Assembly: GCA_025594325.1 (NCBI GenBank)
Contig: JANHCV010000001.1
Span: 4,030,001 to 4,094,000 of the forward strand
Source of the DNA: Blastocladiella emersonii ATCC 22665
Taxonomy: Eukaryota > Fungi > Blastocladiomycota
Direction: 5' to 3'
Length of the DNA: 64,000 nt
Shown: piece after piece, positions 21,929 through 36,100 of the stretch
Layout of the letters: the number at the start of each line of letters is the position of its first letter
Numbering within the stretch: the stretch's first letter is position 1
The notes under the pieces: generated by a model
What the model was told of the DNA's origin: nothing
Database searches by the model: none
Seen by the model: the letters and a program-made list of their open reading frames with translations, nothing else
Made by a program: the position numbers and the translations under genes

Positions 21929-23784
21929 TTAGAGTACAAACACAGCGTTCATGTCGATCTCGTGGCCCGAAGAGAGCTGCGGAATCTGCGAGTACTCCTT
22001 GGACAGGATGGCGCGAGTCGACGCGAGCAGCTGCGCGTACGACTGGCCCGGGTTGGCGCGCAGACTCTTGAGCAGCGCGTACGACATGGCGCCCGTGGCC
22101 TTGCCGTCGATGTGGGCGTCGGCGCTGGTCTGGTTGTCCTTGCACCCGCTCATCATGAGCACGCGGGCGGCGGTGCGCTTGGCATCGAGGGCGCGCTTGA
22201 CCTTGTCGTCGTTCGGAGCCGCGGCGAGGTTGCCAACCAGCTTGAAGGCGCCCATGAGGGCACCGGCCTTGTTCTTGGTGAGCAGCATCTTGCCGATGCC
22301 CATAGCGTCCGACTTGACGCGCGCGGCCTTGGTCTTGCCCTGCTTGACCGAGCCGTCGGGCATGTAGATGAGGGGCAGGTCGAACACTACAAACATGGTG
22401 AGCGCTGGTTAGCACTTGTCAGGGGAGCAAGTCGGGTAATAAAACGAACCGGTCGCGGAGTGGCAGCAGTCCATGATGATGGTCACTACAGATGCATTGC
22501 GAGATCGAGGTGAGTCGTGAACCCGATGGGTGTTATGGAGGGAGACCGTACTGTTGGCGCCGGCAGGCAGCTTAGCGACCAGAGCGTGGAGCTCGTCGTC
22601 GACAATCATGCCGGCCTTTTCGTGGTCAACGGGGTAGATCTAGAGCGCCCAAGTGCAGGCAGTCAGGTCAGTCTTGCGCCAATATTCGTGCGAGAATGTG
22701 GAGAAACGCACCGTCTCGTCGTAGCCGTCATCTTCGTCGCCGTCGAGATCCTTGGCCTGACCGCCGTGGCCGGAATAGTGCAAGAAGAGCGAGTCGCCGG
22801 GCTGAGCGCCCTGGATGAGCCAGTTGATGGCGGCGAGGATACTCTTGCGAGTGGGCCAGAGCCACTCGTTGCCGCGGTGCTTGGGCTCGTCGGTCAGGAC
22901 AACCATGGTCTCAGACGACTCGGTGAAGCCGTACTGCTCCATGATGAAGCGCTTGATGTTGTTTACGTCCTAGACGACGCAGATGGAGAGGTCAGTGGCG
23001 AGGAAGGGTGCGGCGATCGGACCACACGATGGCGAAGCGTACCGCGTGGCACCCGCGCAGCTCGCCGCGCTGGCCGACGTAGTTGATGCCAATGAGCAGC
23101 GCCTAATCGACGGGCGTCAGGGTCAAGCTTCTCGACAAGTGCGCAAACTCACGCACCTTCTTGCGACCCGTCAGACGCGGCACGCCGTTGACCCAGGCCA
23201 CGTTGGTCGCCGCCGATGGCACATTCTGCGAGTTGGGCACCTGCTGGTACTGGTGGTGCAGGGGCTCCGTGTACTGGACCTGGTTGGGCGTGTACTGCGC
23301 AGGAGCCGATCCGGGGCCGTAGGCGGGCGCGGCGCCCTGCTGGGGCATCTGGCCCGTCGGGTTGCGCGGCGGGAGCGAGGGCGGAGGCACGCCGTAGAAG
23401 CCCTGAGCAGGAGGGCCCTGCGGCGGCTGGTGCTGGTACTGCTGCTGCGGAGCGGGCGGCATGCCGGGGAAGCCGCCGGGCGGAGGACCCATGGGCATCC
23501 CACCGTTGAAGCCGGGCTGCGGCATCTGCGGCGGCTGCTGGTAGCCACCGTTGTAGGCGGGAGGGGCTACGTGGGGTCGTCGGCGAGTGAGCGCCCAGCT
23601 GCAAGGTGATGGCCTCGCATGGACTCGACGCACCATACTGCGGCGGCTGCTGGTACTGATGCTGGGGCGGCTGCTGGTACTGGTACTGCGGCTGCTGATA
23701 CTGCTCTTGCTGCTGCGGGCGCGGCGGCTGCTGCGGCGGCGGGTTGTTGTTGGCGGGCCGATGGAAGCCAGGGAAGCCGGACAT
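21929..23784 (-). CDS. MCA1: Type I metacaspase (peptidase C14) with Q/P/Y-rich N-terminal prodomain
   Basis: Catalytic His in FLHYSGHGGQ and Cys in IMDCCHSAT; DLDGDEDDGYDET; FDLPLIY; SGCKDNQTSAD; QIPQLSS. Multi-exon; internal boundaries not all mapped. Confidence 0.93.
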
Positions 23785-24129
23785 GGTGATGGTGGTTTGC
23801 GTGAAGTCTTGCTGATGCGTTTACAGAGAATGCATGCGATGAGTTGCGGTTTGAGGGAGCGACGACCGATGGAGGCCTTGGCGCCGTCGAAGTCGGAACT
23901 CCGCGATTTGCGGTGCGGCTTCTCGAAAAAAGGCGGCGCACGCCCTGGCCACGCCGCACGTGGCTCGCGTGGGGTGACCGACGCGGGCCCGCGGGAGACG
24001 CGTCGCGAGACACGAGGGCCGATCGCGTCACTTGGTTTTGCGCGCTACTTCCTCACTGGCCAGCACTCAAGTCCATGCAACTACTTTTCGCAACGCATAG
24101 CTGAGCTACCGCAACGCGACATTCCGACC

Positions 24130-27100
24130 ATGCAGGACCCAGACAGGGAGCTGCAGAACCGGCTGCGCGACCGGACCGCGTCTTTGCCGGGTACTGCTCT
24201 TTCACTTTGCATTCGATTCGGCTACCGCTGACACTCTTCACGGTCGTCGATAGAGCTGGTCCGGCTCTCGCGCGATGCGCGCAACTCGCCCTCGAACCCC
24301 CTCTCGACGCTGCGCCCAAGGCCACCACCACCGCCACGCCGCGCCACGCTTGCTGCCGAGAAGGTCGAGGAGATTCTCGTCTCCAAGTCGCCCTTCATCC
24401 GGCCGAGCGACCGGCCGTCGCTGTCCAAGTACGGCGAGCCGCTACCTCGTCCGCCCGCCGCCACCTCGCACATCGGCGGGAACTCGGTCCCGACCTCGGG
24501 CGCCGCCTTCAAGGGCCAGTCCGCCATCGACTATGCCATCAAGACGACGCAGGCCGCACAGGCCAAGGACGCGTCGCAGCGCGGACGCAGTCACCGCAAG
24601 CCGCTGCGGGTTCTGGTCATGGAGTTTGTTGCGTACGTTTCTCGGATCTGTGGCGCTCCATGCGCGCGACGACTGACTCGTTTGCTGGTGTAGGGATCAG
24701 GAGCGTCGGCGAATGTTTGACGGTACGTCGGCTCGGACCCCTCCCGCCACGCGCGAACCTTAACATTCCCTCGCACCGTTCAGAGACGACCCTGCAGGCG
24801 GTCCACACCATGATGCAGGACAACGCGACCAACGTGCATTTTGCGAGCGAGGACGAGCGCGTCGAGGTGCGCTCCCGCTGCTCACCCCCCCTCATGTACA
24901 ATTCGGAGCGCTGACGACACCCGCATCTAGTCGCTCATCACGGTCATGCGCAAGTCGATCCAGAATCAGGACCCCTTCGTCATGGAGCGCGCCATGCTCG
25001 CGCGCATCGAGGGCCGCATTCCGCGCCACATCCGCAACGCCTACGTCAAGCTCGTCCAGGACATGCTCAAGGCCGTCGAGGAGAACTGGAACGAGAGCAA
25101 CCACGACGCGACGCTCCACGCCATCCTCGCCGCCTCGTCCATCCCGAAGCCGCGCCGGCAACGCAGCATCCTCCCTCCCGGCGACGGCGGCGCGTCGACG
25201 GACGCATCAACGGCTTCCGGGCTCGACGAGTCGCTTGGGACCACGTCCTCCGTCAACCTCGCCGCCGCTATGCCCAAGCCCGGCGAGCCGATGCCGCTCG
25301 GCCTCTTGTTCGAGGTCGACCCGGACACGTACCGCGTTGCGCTGCCGACGACGTGGCGCGGCCGCTACCTTGACCACCGTCACCGGCTCGAGCGCATGCT
25401 GTGGATCACGCACCCGGCCGTGCGCCACATTGTCGAGACGTGGACCATGCTCGAGGGCACGCGACTCTTCTCGCCCAACGACTTCCGGCTGACGCCCGGC
25501 CCGTACCGGTACTCGGTGTTCAAGTCGATCCTCATCGTGCAGGCCGAGCGCACCCGCGAAAAGCTGCTCAACTCGTGGTACATTGGCGTGCTCAGCTACT
25601 TCTACCACTCGCTCGTCAAGTCAGCCCGCCGCCCGCTCAACGCGAGCAGCAACGGGGCCGGCAGCGCGCATCTGCCTGCGGGCATTACCGAGGGCCTGTT
25701 CGACTGCGCCAACACGCTCGTGGGCAACCAGATCCTCGCAGCCGCGCTGTCCTCGATCATCGACTACACGGCGCTCTTCGACAAGGCCTCGCCCAAGTAC
25801 TCGGCGCTGATCGCACCCGCCTTCTACGTCCGCGTCTCGCTCGTCACGCCACCCGGGTGCATGACGGGCGACATCCCGACGCTCAAGGTCACCGCGTCCA
25901 ACGACCTCGCCGATGCGGCGGCCGCCGACCGCGGGGATGGAACCGACGACGAGGATGACGACGACGACAGCCAGAACGGCGAGGACGACACGGCCGAGAG
26001 CCCGATCCGGCTGCAGCTCGGCCGCCCGCGGTCCGCTGCGCCACGCGTCATCTTCGAGCCGCCGCTCTCGGAGCTCGAGCAGGGTATCGTCGAGGGCCTC
26101 ACGCACATCACGCGGCCCATCGAGTCGATCCCCATGATCCAGTCGGTCATCTACTCGGGCTACGCCAACGAGCTGTTCGAGCGGCCTGCCGCCACCGATC
26201 CGAGCGCGTCCGGCAACGGCGCCAGAGTCAAGAAGCCTCGACTTGCCGCCGTCTTCGACCAGATGAAGGTCCAGGTGCAGGAGGAGGTCATGGGCAACGC
26301 CGCGTCGCACCTCCGCAAGATCTTTGCCGCCGCCAAGGCCAAGGTCGACGAGTTCATGGCCACGTACAACGACTACCTCAAGATCATGGACCACAGCCAC
26401 GAGGACGAGATTGCCACGTTTTTCGGCGAAGAGCACTCATTCGACGACTACTCTCGCGTACGTTACTGCTACTCTGCTTGTCCCCCCGAAATGACACTGA
26501 CGCTTGCTCAACACGCGCGTAGCAAGTCGAAAAGTATTACGCCGTGTCCAACAACATCACGGCGCTGCCGACCACGGTCGAGTTCCCGATCGTCGTGCTC
26601 AACCTCGACAACCTGCACCGCACCATCTCAGCGCGTGCCGTGTACCTCGCCAACCAGTACCTCGAGCAGATCTCGCGCATCTCCATCACGAGCCAGACCA
26701 AGCTCAACCAGGAGTTTCTCGCCATCGAGGAGCGCGCGCTGTGCATCCCCGAGAACTTCAACGAGATGGAGGAGATCCTGACGTACATGAAGCGCGCCAA
26801 GGAGCACGACCTACCGGCGCTCGCCCAGGGCGTCGACGACGCGCGCAAGCGGCTCATCTACCTCGTCGACTACTGCGCGCTCACGCCCGAGAACATCGAG
26901 CTCAACAACATCACGTTCCACTGGCCCGCGCGGCTCGCCGCCGCCATGGCGCGCCACGACGAGATCATGGCCGAGGCCCGCCGCCGCAACATGGAGAACC
27001 TGTTCGACCGCCGCCAGCGGTTCAACGCCGAGATGGACGACCTCGCCAAGCAGGTCGCCGAGCTCGCGGATGTCGGCGACGTCGACGAGATGCCCTTCTA

Positions 27101-30100
27101 CGTCAAGAAGGTGCAAGGCATCCAGAAGCAGCTCATGACGGCGCTCGAGACCATCGCCGTGTTCAACAAGGAGGAGGAGCTGTTTGGCCTCGACATCACC
27201 ACGTACCCGCGCCGCAAGCAGATCCTCGACGCGCTCGAGCCGTACCAGGCGCTCTACGCGTGCGGGACCAGCTTCCAAAAGTCGTACCGCCGGTTCATGG
27301 ACGGCCCGCTGCTGGACCTCGAGGCCGAGGCCGTCGAGGCCGAGATCGACAACCTGCGCCGCGAGACGTTCCGCGTCGGGGCCATGGTCGCGGCGGTCGC
27401 GGCGCCGCAGAAAATCGTCACGCACATCAAGGAGAAGATCGACGAGTTCCTCCAGTACATGCCCGTGATCCGCATCCTGTGCAACCCGGGCCTGCGCGAC
27501 CGCCACTGGCGCGACATGTCGACCGCGGCTGGCATCAACATCAAGCCCGACGCGACCACGTCGCTGCGCAAGATCCTCAAGATGAACCTCGACGAGCACT
27601 ACGACAAGTTCCAGGAGATCAGCGAGAGCGCGTCCAAGGAGTACTCGCTCGAGAAGGCGATCCAGAAGATGATCAAGGAGTGGGAGCCGCTCGTCTTCAA
27701 CGCGGTGCCGTACCGCGAGACGGGCACGTCGATCCTGTCGGCGCTCGACGAAGTGCAGCAGCTGCTCGACGACCACATTGTCAAGACACAGGGCATGCGC
27801 AGCTCGCCGTACATCAAGCCGTTCGAGGCCGAGATCAAGGACTGGGAGCACCGACTCGTTACCTGCCAGGAGATCATCGACGAGTGGCTCAAGGTCCAGG
27901 CGACGTGGCTGTACCTCGAGCCCATCTTCAGCTCCGAGGACATCATGAGCCAGATGCCCGAGGAGGGCAAGAAGTTCCGCGCCGTCGACGCGTCGTGGCG
28001 CAAGATCATGAAGCGCACGACCGAGGAGCAGGTCATCATGGTCGTGACGGCGCACGAGGGCATGCTCGACGAGCTGCGCGGCGACAACGAGCTGCTCGAG
28101 CAGATCCTCAAGGGCCTCAACAACTACCTCGAGCTCAAGCGCCTCTTCTTCCCGCGCTTCTTCTTCCTGTCCAACGACGAGATGCTCGAGATCCTGTCCG
28201 AGACCAAGGACCCGACGCGCGTCCAGCCGCACCTGAAAAAGTGCTTCGAGGGCGTCAACTCGCTCAAGTTCGAGGAGAACCTCGACATCTCGGCGCTCAT
28301 CTCGGGCGAGGGCGAGGTGCTCCCGCTCATCGCCAAGATCTCCACGTCCGAGGCCAAGGGATCGGTCGAGAAGTGGCTGCTGCAGGTCGAGGAGGGCATG
28401 ATCAAGGCCGTGCACGCGACGATCCGCAGCGCGCTCCAGGACTTTGCCGAGAAGCCGCTCGAGAAGTGGGTCCTCGACTGGCCCGGCCAGGCCGTCATCT
28501 GCGTCTCGTCCATTGACTGGACGCGGTCCATCGAGCACGCGCTGACGCAGGGCCAGCCCGGCGACCTCGGCAAGTTTGCCCAAAAGTGCACCGACGAGCT
28601 CAACCTGACCATCAAGCTGATCCGCGGCGAGTACGGCGCGCTGTCCAAGATGGCGCTCATGACGCTCGGCGCGCTCGTCGTCATCAACGTGCACGCGCGC
28701 GACGTGGTCACGCAGCTCGCCGCCGACAAGCTCGAGGACATCAACGACTTCTCGTGGCTCAGCCAGCTTCGCTACTACTGGGAGAACGACAGCGTCGCCG
28801 TCAAGATGATCAACGCGCGCCGCGAGTACGGCTACGAGTACCTCGGCAACACGGGCCGCCTCGTCATCACGCCGCTCACGGACCGGTGCTACCGCACGCT
28901 GATCGGCGCGCTGCACCTCAACCTCGGCGGCGCGCCCGAGGGCCCCGCCGGCACGGGCAAGACCGAGACGACCAAGGATCTGGCCAAAGCCCTCGCCAAG
29001 CAGTGTGTCGTGTTCAACTGCTCGGACGGCCTCGACTACATTGCCATGGGCAAGTTCTTCAAGGGTCTCGCGTCGTCGGGCGCGTGGGCGTGTTTCGACG
29101 AGTTCAACCGCATCGACCTCGAGGTACTCTCGGTCGTCGCGCAGCAGATCCTCACGATCCAGCGCGCCATTGCGCTCAAGGCCAAGACGCTGCTGTTCGA
29201 GGGTTCGACGCTGACGCTCAACGTCGGATGCGCCGTGTTCATCACCATGAACCCCGGCTACGCCGGCCGTTCCGAGCTGCCCGACAACCTCAAGGCGCTG
29301 TTCCGCAGCGTGGCCATGATGGTCCCCGACTACGCGCTCATCGCCGAGATCACGCTGTACTCGTACGGGTTCCTCGAGGCGCGCCTGCTCGCGCGCAAGA
29401 TCGCGGCCACGTACCGGCTCTGCTCGGAGCAGCTGTCGTCGCAGGACCACTACGACTACGGTATGCGTGCCGTCAAGTCGGTTCTCGTCGCCGCGGGCAA
29501 CCTCAAGATGAAGTTCCCCAAGCAGGACGAGAACGTGCTCGTGCTGCGGTCCATCATCGACGTCAACCTGCCCAAGTTCCTGTCGCAAGACGTCGGTCTG
29601 TTCCGCGGTATCGTGTCGGACCTGTTCCCCGGCGTGCAGCTGCCCAAGATGGACTACACGGCGCTCGAGGACGCGGTCGCGCGCGTGTGCAAGCAGCGCA
29701 ACCTGCAGCTCGTGCCGACGTTTATGGAGAAGATCATCCAGCTGTACGAGATGATGCTCGTCCGCCACGGGTACATGCTCGTCGGCGAGACGTCGTCGGG
29801 CAAGACGTGCTGCTACCGCGTGCTCGCCGACGCCATGTCGCTGCTGTGCTCGGAGGGCGACACCGAGTACCTCAAGGTCCAGTACAAGGTCATCAACCCC
29901 AAGTCGATCCCCATGGGCCAGCTGTACGGCCAGTTCGACCCGGTCAGCCACGAGTGGACCGACGGCGTCCTCGCGACCACGTTCCGCGGGTTCGCGTCGT
30001 CGACCTCGCCCGACCGCAAGTGGGTCGTGTTCGACGGCCCCGTCGACGCCGTGTGGATCGAGAACATGAACACGGTGCTCGACGACAACAAGAAGCTGTG

Positions 30101-33100
30101 TCTCATGAGCGGCGAGATCATCCAGCTCTCCAACACCATGTCGCTGCAGTTCGAGGTGCGCGACCTCGCCGTCGCCTCGCCCGCTACGGTCAGTCGATGC
30201 GGTATGGTCTTCCTCGAGCCCGAGCGCCTCGGGTGGCAGCCCACGGTCGACTCGTGGTTCAACACGCTCTCGTTCCTCGCGCCCAAGGAGGTCGACCGGC
30301 TCAAGGAGCTCTTCTCGCTGCACGTCGCGACGAGCCTGCGCTTCAACCGCAAGGAGTGCAAGGAGCTCGCGCCGTCGCAGGATATTGCGCTCGTCACCTC
30401 GCTCGCGCAGTTCATCGACGTGCAGCTCGACCCGCTCCGTGCGCCGGCCGGCTCCGCGCACGGGCTGTCCGAGGCCAAGCGCATGCTGGCCCTCACGCAC
30501 TACTTTGCGCTCGGCCTTGTCTGGTCAATCGGTGGCCTGCTCGACACGCCGAGCCAGATCAAGTTCGACCGGCACGTCCGCCTCGCGTTCCCGAAGCTGT
30601 TCCCCGAGGGCCAGACTGTGTACGACTTCATCTACACCGAGGACCTCGACGCCGAGTGGGTGCCGTGGATGTCGCGGTTCAAGGAGGTGGTCAAGATCCC
30701 CAAGACGGCCGAGTTCAGCGAGATCATCGTCCCGACCAAGGACACGGTCCGCTACAGCTTCCTGCTCGACACGCTCATGTGCCACCACAAGTCGGTGCTG
30801 CTGGTCGGCCCGACGGGCACGGGCAAGTCGAAGTACATTTCGCGCAAGCTGCTGTCGGGTATGCCCAAGGAGTTCACGCCCATCTTTGTCAACTTCTCGG
30901 CGCGGACCAGCGCCAACCAGACGCAGGACATCATCATGGCCAAGCTCGACAAGCGCCGCAAGGGTGTGTTCGGCCCGCCGCTCGGCAAGCGCCTGATCAT
31001 CTTCGTCGACGACGTGAACGTGCCCGAGGTCGAGGTGTACGGCGCGCAGCCGCCCATCGAGCTGCTGCGGCAGTGGTTCGATCACGGCAACTGGTACGAC
31101 CGCAAAGACACGAGCAAGCTCGAGCTCATCGACATCCAGTTCGTCGCAGCCATGGGCCCGCCCGGCGGCGGCCGCAACCAGATCACGTCGCGGTTCGCGC
31201 GGCACTTCCAGCAGATCGGGATCAACTCGTTCGACCACGCCACGCTCAAGCAGATCTTTTCGGCGATCCTGTCGTGGCACTTCAGCGCGGGCGAGTTTGG
31301 CCGCGACATTGCGCAGCTCACGCAGCCGCTCATCGACGCGACGCTCAACGTGTACGCGTGGGCCGTGACGCATCTGCTGCCGACGCCGACCAAGTCGCAC
31401 TACACGTTCAACCTGCGCGACTTCTCCAAGGTCATCCAGGGCCTCACGCTGTCCAAGTCGTCCAACTACACGGAGCCGCGCGAGATGGTCAAGCTGTGGG
31501 TGCACGAGGTGCTGCGCGTCTTCTACGACCGGCTCATCTCGACCCAGGACCAGGACGTGCTGCTGCTTCACCTCAAGTCGACGCTGTCGAGCGAGCTCCA
31601 GGTCGAAGACCCCGACTCGCTGTTCATCGCGGGCAAGCTGAGCTCGGCCATCTTCGGCGACTTTGGCCAGACGGACGCGTACGCCGAGATCGACTTCACG
31701 CCCGAGCTCAACGAGAAGATGATGCTCAAGCTGACCGACTACAACAACATGAACAAGAACAAGATGAGCCTCGTCCTGTTCCGGTTCGCCGTCGAGCACA
31801 TTGCGCGCATCTGCCGCATCCTAAAGCTGCCCGGCGGCAACGCGCTACTGGTCGGTGTCGGCGGCAGTGGCCGCCAGTCGCTCACGCGGCTCGCGGCCTT
31901 CATGTGCAACACGACCTGCTTCTCCATCGAGATCAGCAAGTCGTACTCCAAGGTCGAGTGGCGCGACGACCTCAAGAAGCTCCTGCGCGCGTCGGGCGTT
32001 GAGAACCGGCCGACCGTGTTCCTGTTCAGCGACACGCAGGTCAAGGACGAGTCGTTCATCGAGGACATCTCGAACCTGCTCAACTCGGGCGACATCCCCA
32101 ACATCTTCCCGAACGACGAGCGGCAGTCAATCATCGACCGCCTCATTGGCGACGCGAGCGAGGCCGGGATCGCCGACCCGACGCCCGCGGCCATCTACAG
32201 CTACTTCATCAGCCGCGTGCGCAAGAACCTGCACGTCGTGCTGTGCATGTCGCCCATCGGCGACGCGTTCCGCAACCGCCTGCGCCAGTTCTCGTCCATT
32301 GTCAACTGCTGCACCATCGACTGGTTCCACGCGTGGCCCGCCGAGGCGCTCGTCGCCGTCGCGCAGAACTCGTTCGCGTCCGTCGACCTTGAGCCCGCGG
32401 TCCGCCGCGGCGTGATCGAAATGTGCCAGCTGTTCCACCTGTCGACGGCCACGTACTCGGAAAAGTTCAAGGCCGCGCTCGGCCGGTACAACTACGTGAC
32501 GCCGACGTCATACCTCGAGCTGCTGCACGCGTACAAGACGCTGCTCGGACAGAAGCGCGAGGAGGTGATCACTGTGCGCAGCCGGTACGAGGCCGGCCTC
32601 GAGAAGCTGCGGCTTGCGGCCGGCGCCGTCGCGCACATGCAAAAGGAGCTCGCGGATCTGCAGCCGCAGCTCATCAAGACGTCCGAGGAGACCACGGCCA
32701 TGCTCGAAAAGATCGCCAAGGAGTCCAAGGAGGTGCAGGCCAAGAAGGAGGTGGTGGCTGAGGACGAGGCTGTCGCGTCCAAGAAGGCCGGCGAGGCAAC
32801 GGCCATGAAGAACGAGTGCGAGGCCGATCTCGCCGAGGCCCTGCCGCTGCTGAATGCCGCTCTCGCCGCGCTCGACACGCTCAAGAAGCAGGATATCGAC
32901 CTCGTCAAGGCCATGAAGAACCCGCCCGACGGCGTCAAGCTCGTCATGGAGGCCGTGTGTGTCATGAAAGACATCAAGCCCGACAAGATCCCCGACCCCG
33001 CGGGTACCGGTAAGATGCTCGTTGACTACTGGAAGACCTCGCTCAAGGTATGTTCTCACCGTGAATCTGCTCGACACGGACCGCTCACCTCCCTCCCAAA

Positions 33101-36100
33101 CGATTGTAGATGCTTGGCGACGCGCGCTTCCTCGAGTCGCTCAAGCTGTTCGACAAGGACAACATCGCGCCGCACATCATGAAGAAGATCCGCGCCACGT
33201 ACATCCCGAACCCCGAGTTCCGCCCCGAGAAGGTGCGCAACGCGTCGTCGGCCGCCGAGGGTCTATGTTCGTGGGTCATCGCCATGGAGGCGTACGACCG
33301 CGTGATCAAGGTGGTCGCGCCCAAGCAGGAGGCGCTCAAGCTGGCCGAGAGCGAGCTCGAGGTGCAGATGAAGAGTTTGAACGAGAAGCGCGCCATGCTG
33401 AACGAGGTCATGGAGCGTCTGGCCAGCCTGCAGAGCAACCTGGCCGCGCTGCAGGACAAGAAGCAGGCGCTTGAGAACCAGGTCGATAACTGCGAGAAGC
33501 AGCTGGACCGCGCCAAGAAGCTGCTCGACGGGCTCGGCGGCGAGCGGACGCGGTGGACCGAGGTCGTGGCCACGCTCAACGCGACATACACGACGCTCAC
33601 GGGCGACGTGCTCATCTCGTCGGGCGTCATTGCGTACCTCGGCGCCTTTACCAAGGGGTACCGCAACGACATCACGACCGACTGGATCACGCGCGCGAGC
33701 GAGCTGGCCATCCCGTGCTCGGCCGTGTTCTCGCTCGGCAAGACGCTCGGCGACCCGATCCTGATCCGCAGCTGGAACATTGCTGGGCTCCCGTCTGACG
33801 AGTTCTCGGTCGACAACGGCGTGATTGTGCAGAACGCGCGCCGGTGGCCGCTCATGATCGACCCGCAGGGCCAGGCCAACAAGTGGATCAAAAACATGGA
33901 GAAGGAGAACAACCTCCAGGTCATTAAGCTCACCGATTCCGACTATCTGCGCACGCTCGAGAACGCGATCCAGTTCGGCGCGCCGGTCCTGCTTGAGAAC
34001 GTCAAGGAGGAGCTCGACCCGATTCTCGAGCCGCTGCTGCAGAAGCAAACGTTCAAGTCGGGCGGGTCCATCTGCATCCGCCTCGGCGACTCGACCATCG
34101 AATACTCGCCCAACTTCAAGCTGTACATCACGACCAAGTTGCGCAACCCGCACTACCTCCCCGAGCTGCAGACCAAGGTGTCGCTGCTCAACTTCATGAT
34201 CACGCCCGAGGGTCTCGAGGACCAGCTGCTCGGGATCGTGGTTACCAAGGAGCGGCCCGAGCTCGAGGAGGAGAAGAACCAGCTGATTCTGCAGTCGGCC
34301 GAGAACAAGCGGCGGCTCAAGGAGATTGAGGACAAGATCCTCGAGATCCTGTCCGCGTCCGAGGGCAACATTCTCGAGAACTCGACGGCCATTGAGGTGC
34401 TCTCGTCGTCCAAGGTTCTCTCCAACGAGATCACCGAGAGTACGTTCTTTGATGACTCCGACTCGCGCGACGGCCACTAACTTTGGGAACTCGCGCACGC
34501 GTAGAGCAAAAGATTGCCGACGAGACCGAGAAGAAGATCGACGAGACCCGCGACAGCTACCGCCCGATCGCGTACCACTCGGCGACCATGTTCTTCTGCA
34601 TCGCCGAGCTCGTCAACATCGATCCCATGTACCAGTACTCGCTCACGTGGTACCTCGGCCTGTACGTGGCCTCGATTGCGCAGAGCGCCAAGTCGTCGGT
34701 CATCAAGAAGCGGCTCAAGAACCTCGAGGCGCACTTTACGTACGCGCTGTTCGCCAACGTGTGCCGCTCGCTGTTCGAGAAGGACAAGCTGCTCTTCTCG
34801 TTCCTGCTCTGCACGTCGATCATGCTCTCGCGCAAGGAGATCGACCCGAGCGAGCTGTCGTTTCTGTTCACGGGCGGCATCGCCATCGAGAACACGACGC
34901 CCAAGCCCGTCGACTGCACCGAGTGGCTCTCGGACAAGAGCTGGGGCGAGATCTGCCGCCTCGCGGACCTGCCGAACCTCAAGGGCCTCGCCAACGAGTT
35001 TACGTCCGACGAGTGGAAGCCGCTCAACGACCATCCGGCCCCGCAGGAGTTTGTCTTCTCGCCGCGCTGGCAGGGTGTGCCCGAGCTGTCCAAGCTGTGC
35101 ATCATCCGCTGCCTCCGGCCCGAGCGCATCGTGCCGTGCATCCAGGAGTTTGTCAAGAACAAGATGGGCCAGAAGTTCATCGAGCCGCCCACGTTCGACC
35201 TCGCGGGCAGTTTCGAGGACGCCAACAACCGCACGCCGCTCATCTTCATCCTGTCGCCCGGCGTCGACCCCATGGCCGCGTACGTTTTCCATGCGGTGTC
35301 GATCGAGCAACCTTGACTGACGCGTCGCCGTGTGTAGACTGCTCAAGTTTGGCGACAGCCGCGGCATCGCCGGCGACAAGCTCATGAGTATCTCGCTCGG
35401 CCAGGGCCAGGGTCCAATCGCGGCCAAGATGATCAAGGACGCGCAAAAGTCGGGCGGCTGGGTCGTGCTGCAGAACTGCCACTTGGCCGTGTCGTGGATG
35501 GCCGTGCTCGAGAAGATTGCCGACGACATGGGCTCAGCCACGCTGCACAACGACTTCCGCCTGTGGCTCACGTCGTACCCGTCCAACAAGTTCCCCGCGA
35601 CGATCCTGCAGAACGGCGTCAAGATGACCAACGAGGCGCCCAAGGGGCTCAAGGCCAACCTGTACAAGAGCTACGTCAGCGACCCGATCTCGGACGAGTC
35701 GTTCTACCAGTCGTGTCCGAACCCGGCGTGGGAGAAGCTGCTTTTCGCTCTCTGCTTCTTCCACGCGCTCGTCCAGGAACGGCGCAACTTTGGCCCTCTC
35801 GGGTACGCGTTTCGTCGCACCATCACGGCGGCCATCATCACAATCTAACTCGTCGTCGCGTGTAGTTGGAATATTCCGTACGAGTTCAACGAGAGCGACC
35901 TGCGGATCAGCGTGCGCCAGCTGCACATGTTCCTCAACGAGTACGAGCTGGTGCCGTACGACGCCATCAACTACCTGACGGGCGAGTGCAACTACGGTGG
36001 CCGAGTGACCGACGACTGGGACCGCCGGACCCTCAAGAACGTCCTCGCGCAGTTCTACACGCCGGCCACGGTCAACGAGAACGAGTACCGGTTCAGCAGC

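Noticed and set aside
21929-23784. Functional coupling of metacaspase MCA1 with the orphan unit as a cell-death system
   Set aside because: Adjacency is explained by the ancestral CHL1-MCA1 junction, and only a non-catalytic 3' fragment travels with copy C.
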